The notes: a model not told the origin generated them from the letters alone. A stretch of 64,000 nt of DNA from Planctomycetota bacterium (GCA_022564995.1 JADFKK010000001.1:30786-94785), one strand, 5' to 3'; positions 45,901 through 54,289 are shown, counted from the first letter of the stretch. Program-made: numbers and translations.

Positions 45901-46249
45901 TAACGAATGGACGCGGTACGCCAAAGGCGAGTTGCCCGGCAAGCCTCCCAAACCGTATGATGTTCCGGCCTCCCCGCATGTTGTTTACAAAGACAAGGGC
46001 TGGAAGGGACGGGGCGACTGGCTGGGAACCGGGGCGATTTCCTCCCGTCTTCGTAAGTACCGCCCGTTCAACAAAGCCCGCGCCTTTGTCCACAGGCTTG
46101 AGTTGAAGAATCACGCGGAGTGGAAGCAGTATTGCAAAGGAGAGTTTCCCGACAAGCCGCCCCGGCCGGACGATATTCCGATTAGCCCGCTATATGTTTA
46201 CCAAGACAAAGGCTGGAAGGGAGTTGCCGACTGGCTGGGGAGATCGTGA
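39914..46249 (+). CDS. giant tandem-repeat protein: about 30 copies of one ~70-aa basic module, no other domain
   Basis: Uninterrupted 6.3-kb ORF with ~210-nt periodicity. Consensus: [FY]RPFKKAR.FV..L.LK...EW..YCKGELP.KPPKPDDIP..P...YK.KGW.G.GDWLGTG.IA..LRK. Confidence 0.85.
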   Translation: MAKKKETTGKLSRRFRPFKKARDFVRGLDLKNGTEWTLYCKGDLPGKPSKPDDIPACPLGIYKDHGWKGMGDWLGTGTIAYHVRTYRPFRKARSFVHRLELKSGAEWRRYCKGELPKKPPKPDDVPASPQGTYQDQGWQGYGDWLGTGTIAPFLRKFRPYNKAREFAHALELKNKREWLQYCRGELPDKPPRPDDIPAAPNEAYEDRGWKGYGDWLGTGRISAHFRKFRPFKKARDFARALDLKDYVEWRQYCKEGLLGKPPKPFDIPSTPHEIYKQQGWCGLVDWLGTRTEDGFLRKYRRFKQAREFVQALELKDRDEWLQYCGGELPGQLPKPDDIPTKPSHAYKDEGWKSLGDWLGTGRFHQINLRPFRKARAFVRSLKLQSVAEWKRYCKGEMPDKRPKPVDIPASPQPVYQHQGWAGMGDWLGTGTIAPQLRTYRPFKEARDSVHTLKLKTLAEWKQYCKGELTDKPRKTDDIPSRPQRVYQDKGWKGIRDWLGTGSIAHRRAFQKARVFVHALELKSLGEWMQYCQGTLPGQRPKPDDIPAFPMKIYKDKGWKGYVDWLGIDKKRRTKARPFKEARHFALALGLKNSTEWKRYCKGELPGQQPKPDDIPNDPRQAYQAKGWQGYGDWLGTGATATFLRKYRSYKKARAFVRTLELKNLAEWAQYCKGELPDQQPKPDNIPATPQMVYKDTGWTGVGDWLGTARCSRTNLRPFKKARAFVRSLKLKNLAEWTQYCQGKLPDQRPKPNDIPATPQSVYKDTGWTGAGDWLGNGTIPPFAGKRRPFKKARAFVRSLKLKNLAEWTEYCQGTLPGQRPKPDDIPACPRIIYKDRGWKGSVDWLGTGKSSRKRPHPFEEARRFARSLELQNGAEWREYCKGNLPEKPRKPDGVPTYPGIAYKDQGWKGLGDWLGIDKIVRKRFRSFKVARRFVHRLGLKDVAEWERYCNGNLPGRRTKPDNIPAFPRGIYQDDGWKGMDDWLGTDDDSRKNLRPLKEARQSARRLGLKNQAPVRPPKSVDIAANSSRIQPGQGRKGLGISPGTGSTANRVRAYRPFKKARDFVHALELKGLGEWTEYCQGTLAGQRPRPDDIPAFPRGIYKDQGWTGYDDWLGTARPFEEARDFVHALELETQAEWTRYCKGELPDKRPKPCDIPVRPNRTYQGKGWKGWRDWLRTGTIAYQLRKYGPEDRRERRRAHRPFWGARAFVHTLELKSGSEWRRYCTGDLPDQEPKPDDIPSASHMVYKGKGWTSWGDWLGTGTIASSLRKYRPFKKARALVHTLELKNEAEWRQYRKGELPDKPPKPDDIPACPIRVYKNKGWKGIGDWLGTGNIAPRLRKFRPLKKARGFVHALKLKNQLEWQAYCRGELPDKPPKPDDIPSVPNQVYEDKGWMGLSDWLGTDKFSRYKIRPFKKARDFVRALELKSGDQWRRYYKGELPNKPPKPVDIPAAASRIYKNQGWQGMGDWLGTGTIAPHLRKYRSFKKARDFVHALGLKNQDEWRQYCQGELPDKPPKPDDIPTSPEAVYKHKGWKRTGDWLGTGMIATGRRKYRPIKKARDFVRALELKSDAEWKRYCKGELPDKPPRPDDIPACPDRTYRGKGWQGLGDWLGTGAIAHRLRKYRAFKKARNFVRALELKNHTEWKQYCKGELPDKPPKPDDVPTAADRVYKHRGWQGWGDWQGTGAIAPFLGKYRPFKKARAFVRTLKLKNQAEWKQYCKGELPDKRPKPVDIPNNPNRTYQDKGWKGVGDWLGTRAISSRLRKYLPFKKARKFVRALELKNGAEWREYCKGNLPDKPPKPNDIPREPNEIYKDKGWKGLGDWIGTATVATYPRDYRRFRKARDFVHTLGLKSQAEWTRYCKGEFPDKPPKPDDIPASPETVYKHKGWKRAGDWLGTGTIATQQRRYLTFKKARALVHTLELKNRVEWMQYSEGTLPGKPPKPDDLPKAPEMVYKDKGWKGWGDWLGTGRTATFRRKYRPFKKAREFVHTLALKNNNEWTRYAKGELPGKPPKPYDVPASPHVVYKDKGWKGRGDWLGTGAISSRLRKYRPFNKARAFVHRLELKNHAEWKQYCKGEFPDKPPRPDDIPISPLYVYQDKGWKGVADWLGRS

Positions 46250-46277
46250 AGGTGAGTCTGGCCTGTTTAGAGGGAGC

Positions 46278-48092
46278 CTATTTGATTTCCACTCGATACG
46301 GCAGCATCAGCACGGACGGCTCGGCGAACAGCCGGCGGATGGTTTCGATGTCGCCGAGTTGCCGGTGCAATTCGGGCGAGAGCTTGCGGATTTCGGCGCC
46401 TAACTCAGAGGTGACGGCCGAACGCGCCTCCGCGCCGCCGCCGAGCAATTGCTCGAAGAAGCTGGTCGGCTTGGGCAGCACCAAGATCTCCACCTCGTCG
46501 TCGGCCTTAATGCCGGCCGCTTTCTTGGCGGCGGCGATGGCGTCTTGCAGCGTGCCGACTCGATCGACCAACCCATTCTTGGCGGCCATCCGACCGGTCC
46601 AGACGCGGCCCTGGGCCAGCGTTTCCATCTTCTTGCGGGTCATCTTGCGGCCCTTGGCGGCCTTGCCGGCGAACTGGTTGTAGGTTTCGACCATCATCTC
46701 GCGCCACATCTTTCGCTCGGAGTCGGTGAATTTGGTCGTCGAAGAAAACGCGCCCGCGTGCTTGCCGCGGCTGATCGTTTCGGTGGTGATGCCGAGCTTC
46801 GCGTACAGCCCGCCCAGCACTAACTTGCCACCCACGACGCCGATCGAGCCGGTCAGCGTGCCGGGCTCGGCGATGATCTGATCGCAGCCCATCGAGATGT
46901 AATAGCCGCCGCTGGCCGCCGTGTTGCCCATGCTGGCGATGACCGGCTTCTTGATCCTTTCGATCTCGCGCCAGATCAAATCGCTGGCCAGCGCCGAACC
47001 GCCGGGGCTATCGACCCGCAACACGATGGCCCGCACGGTTTTGTCTTTATTGGCCTTGCGCAGGGCGCTGATGATCGTGCTGGAGCCAAGCGTCTGCTCG
47101 CCGAATATGCTTGTTGAACTGCGGCCGGACGTAATGATGCCGACCGCGTAAACGATGGCCACCTTCGGCTTGCTGCTGGCCCGCTTGGCCGGCTTGCCGC
47201 CCATGATCAGCTCCATCATCTTCATCATGCCGGCCAGCCCGGAGAAATCGGTATCGACCTTTTTCTTGCCGTAGTTTTGCACCAAGGCCACCTCGTCGAC
47301 CTGGAGTTTTTTCTTAAGCTGGGTGAAGAATTCGTCCTGATACATGACGTGATCGATCAGGCCGGCCTTCTTGGCCCGCTTCGCGCTGAACAGCCCGCGG
47401 TCGATCAATTCCTTAACCTTCTTGGGGTGCAGCAGGCGGGCGTCGGCGATGCTCGCGACCATCTGCTCGTAATAGTCGTCGATGACCGCTTCGTATTGCG
47501 AACGAAACTCCTTGCTCATGCCGGTGCGGGTTTGCGGCTCGGCGGCGCCTTTGTACTTGCCGATTTGCAACATGTCGGCCTCGATGCCGAGCTTGTCGAA
47601 CAGGCCTTTGTAAAACGTGATTTCCACCGACAGGCCGGGAATCATCAGCGAGCCGGAGGGCGGCATGATGATTTCGTCGCAGGCGCAGGCCAACTGATAC
47701 TGCGACCCGGTGGCCGAATCAACCAAGGCGTAAACCTTCTTGCCCTTGGCTCGGATGCGAGCGACGGCCGACTTCAGTTCGTTAAGCTTGCCGAAGCCGA
47801 GCGAGGCGTCGCGGATGCTGAGCACAACGCCGCTGATCTTCTCGTCGTTGGCGACGTTGTGCAATCGTACGACCAGGTCGCGCAAGCCGGTCGAGGTTTC
47901 GCCGAACAGCCCGCCTCCGCCAGCCGATTCAGGAAATCCGCCGGCAATCGAGATCGAGGCCAGGGTCGTGCGTTTGGGAGATTTCTTGGCGGCGGCCTCT
48001 TTTTTCGCCTTTTCGGCCGCCATCAGTCCGCTGGAGGAAACGAGACAGATCGCGGCCAAAGCCACGCCGAGAATTTGCGTTGTTCGCTGCAT
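46278..48092 (-). CDS. sppA: signal peptide peptidase SppA, 67K type
   Basis: 604 aa with a signal anchor and two S49 peptidase halves ('GNTAASGGYYISMGCD', 'VACASGGYY-like' first half). Confidence 0.85.
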   Translation of the reverse strand: MQRTTQILGVALAAICLVSSSGLMAAEKAKKEAAAKKSPKRTTLASISIAGGFPESAGGGGLFGETSTGLRDLVVRLHNVANDEKISGVVLSIRDASLGFGKLNELKSAVARIRAKGKKVYALVDSATGSQYQLACACDEIIMPPSGSLMIPGLSVEITFYKGLFDKLGIEADMLQIGKYKGAAEPQTRTGMSKEFRSQYEAVIDDYYEQMVASIADARLLHPKKVKELIDRGLFSAKRAKKAGLIDHVMYQDEFFTQLKKKLQVDEVALVQNYGKKKVDTDFSGLAGMMKMMELIMGGKPAKRASSKPKVAIVYAVGIITSGRSSTSIFGEQTLGSSTIISALRKANKDKTVRAIVLRVDSPGGSALASDLIWREIERIKKPVIASMGNTAASGGYYISMGCDQIIAEPGTLTGSIGVVGGKLVLGGLYAKLGITTETISRGKHAGAFSSTTKFTDSERKMWREMMVETYNQFAGKAAKGRKMTRKKMETLAQGRVWTGRMAAKNGLVDRVGTLQDAIAAAKKAAGIKADDEVEILVLPKPTSFFEQLLGGGAEARSAVTSELGAEIRKLSPELHRQLGDIETIRRLFAEPSVLMLPYRVEIK

Positions 48093-48392
48093 GATAATGA
48101 CTCCCGAGTGAATGAATGACGAATGACCAATGACAAATAACGAGTATAACCGGCCCCCTGCCCATTGTAGAAGAGCCTGTCCGCCCTACTTTCTCTCTTC
48201 CCCGTAGCCTCCGTCGCTATTTCAAGCCTGCGAAGCCGTGCAAACCTTGCGATCCGTACACTTTACGTCCGACGGACATTTTACTTGACCGGAACCCCGC
48301 CACTCGGTTGCGTACCCCGTACTGGGTGATATGATGAAGGCTGGCAAACGTCGCGAATCAACAACAAACGTCTAACCAGGGAGTAATTTCTG

Positions 48393-48827
48393 ATGGCCAA
48401 TAAGGAAGAAAAAGCGGACGCCCCCGCCCCCGAGGAAAAGCCCGCCACCGAGGAAAAGCCCGCCACCGACCAACCGGCCGCTGGGCAGCCCGCCGCCGAG
48501 GAAAAGCAGCAGCAACAGCAGCGTCAGCAGATCCAGTTGGACGACACGGGAATCACCGCCCGCTACGCCAATTTCTGCCGCGTCAACGGCACGCCGGAGG
48601 AGTTGATTATCGATTTTGGTCTGAACGCCCAGCCGTTCGGCGCGCCGACCGAAACGCTCAGGGTGAATCAGCGTCTGGTGATCAACTACTACACGGCCAA
48701 GCGTCTGTTGGCCGCGCTGTCGATGTCGGTGCAGCGTCACGAAGCCGCCTTCGGTGTGCTCGAGACCGATGTGCAGAAGCGTGTCCTGCCCGGCGCCATG
48801 CGTCAGGCTCCGACCCAACAGAGCTAG
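48393..48827 (+). CDS. DUF3467 domain protein
   Basis: 'ARYANFCRVNGTPEELIIDFGLN' core after an Ala/Glu/Pro/Gln-rich N-terminus. Confidence 0.7.
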   Translation: MANKEEKADAPAPEEKPATEEKPATDQPAAGQPAAEEKQQQQQRQQIQLDDTGITARYANFCRVNGTPEELIIDFGLNAQPFGAPTETLRVNQRLVINYYTAKRLLAALSMSVQRHEAAFGVLETDVQKRVLPGAMRQAPTQQS

Positions 48828-49032
48828 ATCGCCAAGAGGCGATTCGCCTGGAAAATCAGTCCAACCCAATCAACGCCCGGCGGGCCGCCTCGCCGGGCGT
48901 TTTTTGTTGGGCGAGTTGGAAGACACCTCTTCTCTTGCCTCGGGCACCCTCGGCCGAATACTATAGTAGTTTGAGTGTGCCGTGGTAATTTGAATCGCCC
49001 GAGGGTTCGCCGCTCACGCAGCGAGATCAACC

Positions 49033-50433
49033 GTGCAAGACCGCTTCGATCCTCACCTGCAATGGTTGGATCTCCAACCGGCCGGGCATCCGCTCGACCA
49101 CTACCAGTTGTTGCAGCTCGATCGCTTTGAGAGCGACGCCGAAGTGATTGCGCTCGCGGCCGATCGCTCCATGGCCCAGGTGCGCGGGCAACGACCGGGC
49201 GAGCACGTGGCTCAGTGGCAAATGTTGCTGGACGAACTAGCCGCGGCCAAAGCGTGCTTGACCGACGCCGCCAGGAAAGTCGCGTACGACGAACGGCTGA
49301 TTGCTGGGCCTGTTTCACATCCGAGGCCGGCGCCGGTGCTTGAAAGTTCTCCGCCATCACTCAGCCCGGCGGCCCCGGAAAAGCGATCTCGGCATGTGAT
49401 CGGTTTTGCTGCCGTGTTGGTGGGCAGTTTGCTGGTTGCCGCCACGGCGGCCCTGATCATGTCCAAGTTCAAGGCCGGCGCAGATCAAACCGTCGCCGAA
49501 CATTCGATCGACAAGAACAGCGGCCCACAGGCCGAGCGAAAGGCCGTGAGCGCGGTTCCTTCGCCATCGTCACCGCCGACAAAAACGGCCGAATCGAAGG
49601 CTCAACCGACTGGGCCAACCGCGACACCGATTCCAAAACAGCCTGATCTTCCAAAACAGCCGAGCATCGCTTCGACACCGTCGACCGTGACACCGCCTAA
49701 CGCGCCGCCAGATCGCCCGACGACTGGGCCGACGACTGGGCCGACTCCCGTGCGACCCTCGCAAGACGTGCCGCCGCCGTCCAGTGTTACGCCCGGAACA
49801 AAACCGCCGCCCGCGACTCCCACACCGCCGAAAATCGATCCGCGCCCCACCGCGCGGCAGATCGCGACGTTCGACGAGGCGGTAAAAAAAACCATCGCAG
49901 CAATGCAGCGCCGCGACTCGGCCGTGGCCCATCGGAACCTGCGTGTGGCGGAGAAAAACGCGATTTCGCAAGATCAGCAAGACCGCCTGGAGCGCGTGCG
50001 GCAATTACAGCAATACGTCGGCGAGTTTTTCAAGGCCGTCAGAGCCGGTTATGATGCCCTCCAAGGCAGCGAGGAGTTTGTCATCGGCGGCCAAACCATG
50101 GTCGTCGTCGATTGCACACCCCAGGAAATCACCATTCGCCGGCTCGGCCGCAATCAGTCTTTTCCGGCCGACGCCATGCCCGACTCCTTATCGCTGACTC
50201 TTGCCAGGCGTTGGTTCGATTCGACCAATTCGACCAATAAGGTGTTCATCGGAGCCTTCCAAGCGCTGCGCGGCAAGGTCGACGTGGCCCGTGAATTGTG
50301 GCAGCAGGCCCGAGCAGACGGGGTCGAACAGGTCGATTTTCTCTTGCCGGTGCTCGATGAGATTCCACCCGAGGGCCGTTCCAAAATACGCCAGCAAGGC
50401 GATAGGTCAGGACGGTTGACGAATGACGAATGA
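49033..50433 (+). CDS. hypothetical membrane protein with J-domain-like N-terminus and Pro/Thr-rich linker
   Basis: GTG start. 'DHYQLLQLDRFESDAEVI..A' J-like helix, one TM, a long PT-rich region and a conserved-looking C-terminal domain. Confidence 0.6.
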   Translation: MQDRFDPHLQWLDLQPAGHPLDHYQLLQLDRFESDAEVIALAADRSMAQVRGQRPGEHVAQWQMLLDELAAAKACLTDAARKVAYDERLIAGPVSHPRPAPVLESSPPSLSPAAPEKRSRHVIGFAAVLVGSLLVAATAALIMSKFKAGADQTVAEHSIDKNSGPQAERKAVSAVPSPSSPPTKTAESKAQPTGPTATPIPKQPDLPKQPSIASTPSTVTPPNAPPDRPTTGPTTGPTPVRPSQDVPPPSSVTPGTKPPPATPTPPKIDPRPTARQIATFDEAVKKTIAAMQRRDSAVAHRNLRVAEKNAISQDQQDRLERVRQLQQYVGEFFKAVRAGYDALQGSEEFVIGGQTMVVVDCTPQEITIRRLGRNQSFPADAMPDSLSLTLARRWFDSTNSTNKVFIGAFQALRGKVDVARELWQQARADGVEQVDFLLPVLDEIPPEGRSKIRQQGDRSGRLTNDE

Positions 50434-50581
50434 CGAATGACGAATGACGAATGTCTAATGTCTAATGTCTAATGTCTAATGTCTAATGTCTAATGTCTAA
50501 TGTCTAATGTCTAATGTCTAATGTCTAATGTCTAATGTCTAATGTCTAATGTCTAATGTCTAATGTCTAATGTCTAATGAC
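50417..50581. repeat. heptanucleotide microsatellite: (GAATGAC)4 GAATGTC (TAATGTC)17 TAATGAC
   Basis: About 23 perfect head-to-tail 7-nt units. Overlaps the stop of ORF 49033-50433 and ends 54 nt before the cyclase start. Confidence 0.9.
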
Positions 50582-50634
50582 GAAACCCGCGCCCAAAGAA
50601 GTGGCGCTGTCCAAGCGAAGGGTCGACGAAAAAC

Positions 50635-52362
50635 ATGGCTGTGTTGAAACCCGTCGGAGACGATGACGCGGACCTATGTCCGCTGGACCGGGACACCGTC
50701 TCTATTGGTCGTGGCGCAAACAACTCGCTGGTTTTGCGCGACATGGCCTCCTCGTCGCGCCATGCCCAGTTGGTCAAGGACGAAGATGGCTGGCGCCTGG
50801 AAGATTTGGGCAGCTCCAACGGCACGTTCGTCAACGGCTGGCGGATCGAGACGGTGCGGCTCAACAGCGGCGATCGCATTCAGATCGGAGCCTCGGAGTT
50901 CATCTTTGAAGACGGCCCGCAGATCAGACCGACCGCAAAGGCACGTCTTTCCGATACCGACGCGTCGAAATCATTCTTGCAGTCATTCATCCAGGAAGAT
51001 GACGACGCGCCCGGCGAGACGACCAGCCCGCTGCTACACTCGCTGCTGATTGATGAAAACGACGACGATGACGGGCTCACGCTAAGATCCAGCGTCGAGA
51101 TGCTGCACGTCGACGAGGGACGGGGCGAGAACATCAAACGCACCTTGCTGTTGGATGTTGACGTCCCGGCCGCGGCCACGGACCAAGGCGCCGGTCTTGT
51201 TCGTCAGCCGGGCGAGACGTTGGCCGAGGCGAAACTTCGGCTGATTCAGCGGGTCGGCGAAAAGCTGGTCCGTATTTTCGATCCCAAGCAATTAATCGAA
51301 GAGATCATGTCGATCGTGCTGCAACAAACGCGTGCCGATCGCGGGATTCTCTGCCTGCTCGACGAACAGCGCAATCCCGTGCCGGTCGTCACCCGCGGAC
51401 TGGGCGAAGACGAACACTTGCGAGTCAGTCGCACCGTCTTGCGGCGGCTGCTCGACGAACGATCGGCTGTGTTGATTAATCAGACGGGGGCTTCCGAAGA
51501 CGCGCTGCAGTCGCTGGCCGAGATGAGCGTGGTTTCGACCATGTGTGTGCCGCTGTGGACCGGCGAAAACATCATCGGCCTGATGTCGCTCGACTCGACG
51601 ACACCTGGCAAGCAGTTTTGCGAAGAGGATCTGGAGCTGCTGGTGGCCGTGGCCCATCAGGCGGCCATCGGCATCGAGCGCGGTCGGATGAGTCAATTGT
51701 TCGATAAGGAACGACAGATGCGAGCCGACTTGAGCAAGTATCTGGACCACGGCATCGTCGAGCAAATCACCCAGCACGGAGCCGACGAAAACCCGTTGGA
51801 ACCGGCAGAGCGAGAAATCACCATCTTGTTTTCCGACATCGTGTCGTTCACCAAGATGAGCGAGCGGCTCAAGCCGGCCGAGTTGGCCGAGTTTATTCGC
51901 CGCTATCTCACCGCGATGACCGACATCATATTTGCCCACGGCGGCACGATCGACAAGTACATCGGCGACGCGGTGATGGCGCTGTTCGGGGCGCCCATCG
52001 CCAGCCCCCACAGCGCCGCCTCGGCCGTCAGTGCGGCCCTGGAGATGCGCGACCGGTTGGCCGATTTTCGACTGCCGGGAGGTCAGGCCGGACAGTTGCG
52101 ATCGCGGTTCGGCATCAACACGGGCCTGGCCGTGGTGGGCAATCTGGGATCGCAGCGGCGGATGGAATACACCGCGCTGGGCGACACGGTCAACGTCGCC
52201 TCGCGGTTGGAAACCTTCGCCCGGCCCAACGAAATCTGCATCGACCAGACCACCTATCAGCAGACGGGCGAGCAGTTCGAGGTCGAGGAAATCGGCTGGA
52301 TCGACGTCAAGAACCGCGTCGAATCGGTCGCGGTCTATAAAGTCCTGCGGAAAAAATCGTAA
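50635..52362 (+). CDS. FHA - GAF - class III adenylate/guanylate cyclase
   Basis: FHA: 'VSIGRG..NSLVL.D...SR.HAQL......W.LEDLGS.NGTFVNG'. GAF segment. Cyclase motifs 'ITILFSDIVSFT' and 'KYIGDAVMALFGAP'. Confidence 0.85.
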   Translation: MAVLKPVGDDDADLCPLDRDTVSIGRGANNSLVLRDMASSSRHAQLVKDEDGWRLEDLGSSNGTFVNGWRIETVRLNSGDRIQIGASEFIFEDGPQIRPTAKARLSDTDASKSFLQSFIQEDDDAPGETTSPLLHSLLIDENDDDDGLTLRSSVEMLHVDEGRGENIKRTLLLDVDVPAAATDQGAGLVRQPGETLAEAKLRLIQRVGEKLVRIFDPKQLIEEIMSIVLQQTRADRGILCLLDEQRNPVPVVTRGLGEDEHLRVSRTVLRRLLDERSAVLINQTGASEDALQSLAEMSVVSTMCVPLWTGENIIGLMSLDSTTPGKQFCEEDLELLVAVAHQAAIGIERGRMSQLFDKERQMRADLSKYLDHGIVEQITQHGADENPLEPAEREITILFSDIVSFTKMSERLKPAELAEFIRRYLTAMTDIIFAHGGTIDKYIGDAVMALFGAPIASPHSAASAVSAALEMRDRLADFRLPGGQAGQLRSRFGINTGLAVVGNLGSQRRMEYTALGDTVNVASRLETFARPNEICIDQTTYQQTGEQFEVEEIGWIDVKNRVESVAVYKVLRKKS

Positions 52363-52383
52363 GTGGTCGCCCCGCCTCGGTAG

Positions 52384-52461
52384 GTTATGCTTCAGCATAA
52401 CGACAAATAGGATCTGCTCGCCTCATGCTGCCGAGGACGGATTGTTATGCTAAAGCATAAC
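52384..52461. terminator. pair of identical-stem hairpins between convergent genes
   Basis: GTTATGC-TTCA-GCATAAC (52384-52401) and GTTATGC-TAAA-GCATAAC (52444-52461). Confidence 0.45.
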
Positions 52462-53503
52462 CTACGCGCCTTCGCCGCCGGCGCCGAACGAAACCCGCCA
52501 GGGCGATCGAGCCGGCCAGCGCCAGGCCCAGCGAACCGGGCTCGGGAACCACGGTGAGCGTGAGATTTCCATCGCCGGGTTCCATCTCCAGCCGGACGAC
52601 AAACGAGCCGCCGCCGAACGCCAATTGGTCGAAGTTGGTGCCCATGTATTGAGTAAAGATCTGTTGATCCGCCGCCTGCGTTGCCGGGTCGATCAACGCG
52701 TCGGGATCGCCCATCGTCATCCGCAGATCCATCACCAGATCGAACGGGACGCCGGCTTCGACTTGGAACGTCGGAGTGCGAAATTCCGTTAGAATGGCTT
52801 TTCCCGATGGCACGCCCGCCACATCGTCGATTTCGACCGCAGCGAAGCTGCCCCGGGTTTGAAGAGAGCCATCGCGCTGGAGCGTCGCGTCGCCGGAAAA
52901 CAGGCTGATGTCCACGTCGCCCAAGGTTCCCTTTTGGGTGACGCTCGCGTCCAGACTCACCGAGACGTCGAAAAACGCCGCGTCGCGACCTGCGCTTTCG
53001 GTGAAGAACAATTGGGCAGGTTGGTCGCCGACGGGGAATGGCGGATCTGGCAGGGTGGCCGGACGCAGATTGTCGGGGCCGTCATTGATCGCGGGCAGTA
53101 CGAGCGAAAAACTGACCGGTGTGCCGACCGGCGCGCCGGTGACCATCAGCTCGGTCCCGCTGGCGAAGGAACTCCACACGAAGTATTCCGACGGGTTGAC
53201 TCCGTCGACCCAGCCATAACCGCCGGTGGTCTTGACAAGGGAGTTGCCAACCAACTTGGCCGAAGCCCACGACTGGGCATGACCGGTTGGTTGCGGAAAC
53301 GGCGTGAATGCACTGGAGACGGCCGTGGTCAACCCCGACGCGTCGTGGGGCAGAAATTCATAAGAATTCACGTTGTCCCAGCCAAACGCATAGCCGGAAG
53401 TTTCCACGGCCAAGGCGGGACGATCCGCAGCGGCCAGCGCGAGAAGATAGGCGGAAAAAAGGGCTCCGCGAGAGAAGAACCGGTAAACTCGTGATCTCTT
53501 CAT
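52445..53503 (-). CDS. PEP-CTERM sorting domain protein
   Basis: Signal peptide. C-terminal 'VPEPGSLGLALAGSIALAGFVRRRRRR'. Confidence 0.8.
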   Translation of the reverse strand: MKRSRVYRFFSRGALFSAYLLALAAADRPALAVETSGYAFGWDNVNSYEFLPHDASGLTTAVSSAFTPFPQPTGHAQSWASAKLVGNSLVKTTGGYGWVDGVNPSEYFVWSSFASGTELMVTGAPVGTPVSFSLVLPAINDGPDNLRPATLPDPPFPVGDQPAQLFFTESAGRDAAFFDVSVSLDASVTQKGTLGDVDISLFSGDATLQRDGSLQTRGSFAAVEIDDVAGVPSGKAILTEFRTPTFQVEAGVPFDLVMDLRMTMGDPDALIDPATQAADQQIFTQYMGTNFDQLAFGGGSFVVRLEMEPGDGNLTLTVVPEPGSLGLALAGSIALAGFVRRRRRRRVGYALA

Positions 53504-53641
53504 TAGACATTCTCCCCCAAACGAACAGCTATTCCAATTGCAGCCAAAACGGGTAACCTATCTCTGTTCTAACTGCCCGCTGCGGCCAACGCAAGAAAAA
53601 TCGTGTCGACGAAGCCAACATGGTAGTTTCTGGGGGGTAAG

Positions 53642-54229
53642 ATGGCCGATTTCTCGCCAGACGAGCAACTTATTTCCGCCTACCGCGGCGGAGACGATGA
53701 GGCCGCCACCGAGCTCTTCGAGCGGTATTACGGCCGGCTTATCGAGCTGATTCGCCGCCAGATGGGTTGGCGGCTCAAACAGGTCGAGGGCTCGGTCGAC
53801 GTCGCCCAAAGCGTATTGCGCAGCTTTTTCAAACAGCTTCGCGACAAGCAGGTAACGGTCGGTCCGGACGACGATCTGTGGCCGCTGCTGGTCACGGTCG
53901 CGCTGAACAAAATCCGCAACCGCGGAAAATTCTGGAGCCGTCAGCGGCGCGATCCACGGCGTCAATCGCCGCTGGTCGAAGGGCTCGACCCGCTCGAGCG
54001 CGAACCCTCGCCCGACGACGCGGCGGTGGTTCAAGATCTGATCGAACAACTTCTCGCGCCGTTCTCTGGCCGGCGGCGGCAAATCATCGAACTCATCCTG
54101 CAAGGCGAACCGGTCAAATCAATCGCCGAGCAAGTCGGCACCACCGAGCGGACCATCTACAACACCCGAATGGCTGCCGCTTCCACCCTCGAAAAACTGC
54201 TGGCCACGGAGCCGCCAGAGGAGGAGTAG
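53642..54229 (+). CDS. ECF-type RNA polymerase sigma factor
   Basis: Sigma-70 region 2 ('DVAQSVLRSFF') and region 4 HTH ('VKSIAEQVGTTERTIYNTR'). Confidence 0.8.
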   Translation: MADFSPDEQLISAYRGGDDEAATELFERYYGRLIELIRRQMGWRLKQVEGSVDVAQSVLRSFFKQLRDKQVTVGPDDDLWPLLVTVALNKIRNRGKFWSRQRRDPRRQSPLVEGLDPLEREPSPDDAAVVQDLIEQLLAPFSGRRRQIIELILQGEPVKSIAEQVGTTERTIYNTRMAAASTLEKLLATEPPEEE

Positions 54230-54233
54230 CGCG

Positions 54234-54289
54234 GAGGATCGAGGATCGAGGATTGGGGAGCGAGGGACGAGGAGTTAGGAGCTAGGGAC
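54234..54289. repeat. heptamer-phased purine-rich tract (GAGGATC-type units)
   Basis: GAGGATC GAGGATC GAGGATT GGGGAGC GAGGGAC GAGGAGT TAGGAGC TAGGGAC. Confidence 0.6.

Noticed and set aside
43766-46114. A 782-aa ORF and several 180-220-aa ORFs antisense to the giant repeat gene
   Set aside because: They mirror the repeat period of the plus-strand gene and are broken into pieces, while the plus-strand frame is open for 6.3 kb with a conserved protein motif. They are typical shadow ORFs of GC-rich repetitive coding DNA.
39956-46246. The 210-bp periodic DNA repeats considered as a CRISPR array or satellite
   Set aside because: There is no repeat-spacer alternation; every unit is homologous along its full length. 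The region is one continuous ORF with codon-level conservation.
50417-50581. The heptamer array considered as a CRISPR-like or coding repeat
   Set aside because: The units are 7 nt with no spacers. The tract is intergenic apart from the last few codons of the upstream ORF.
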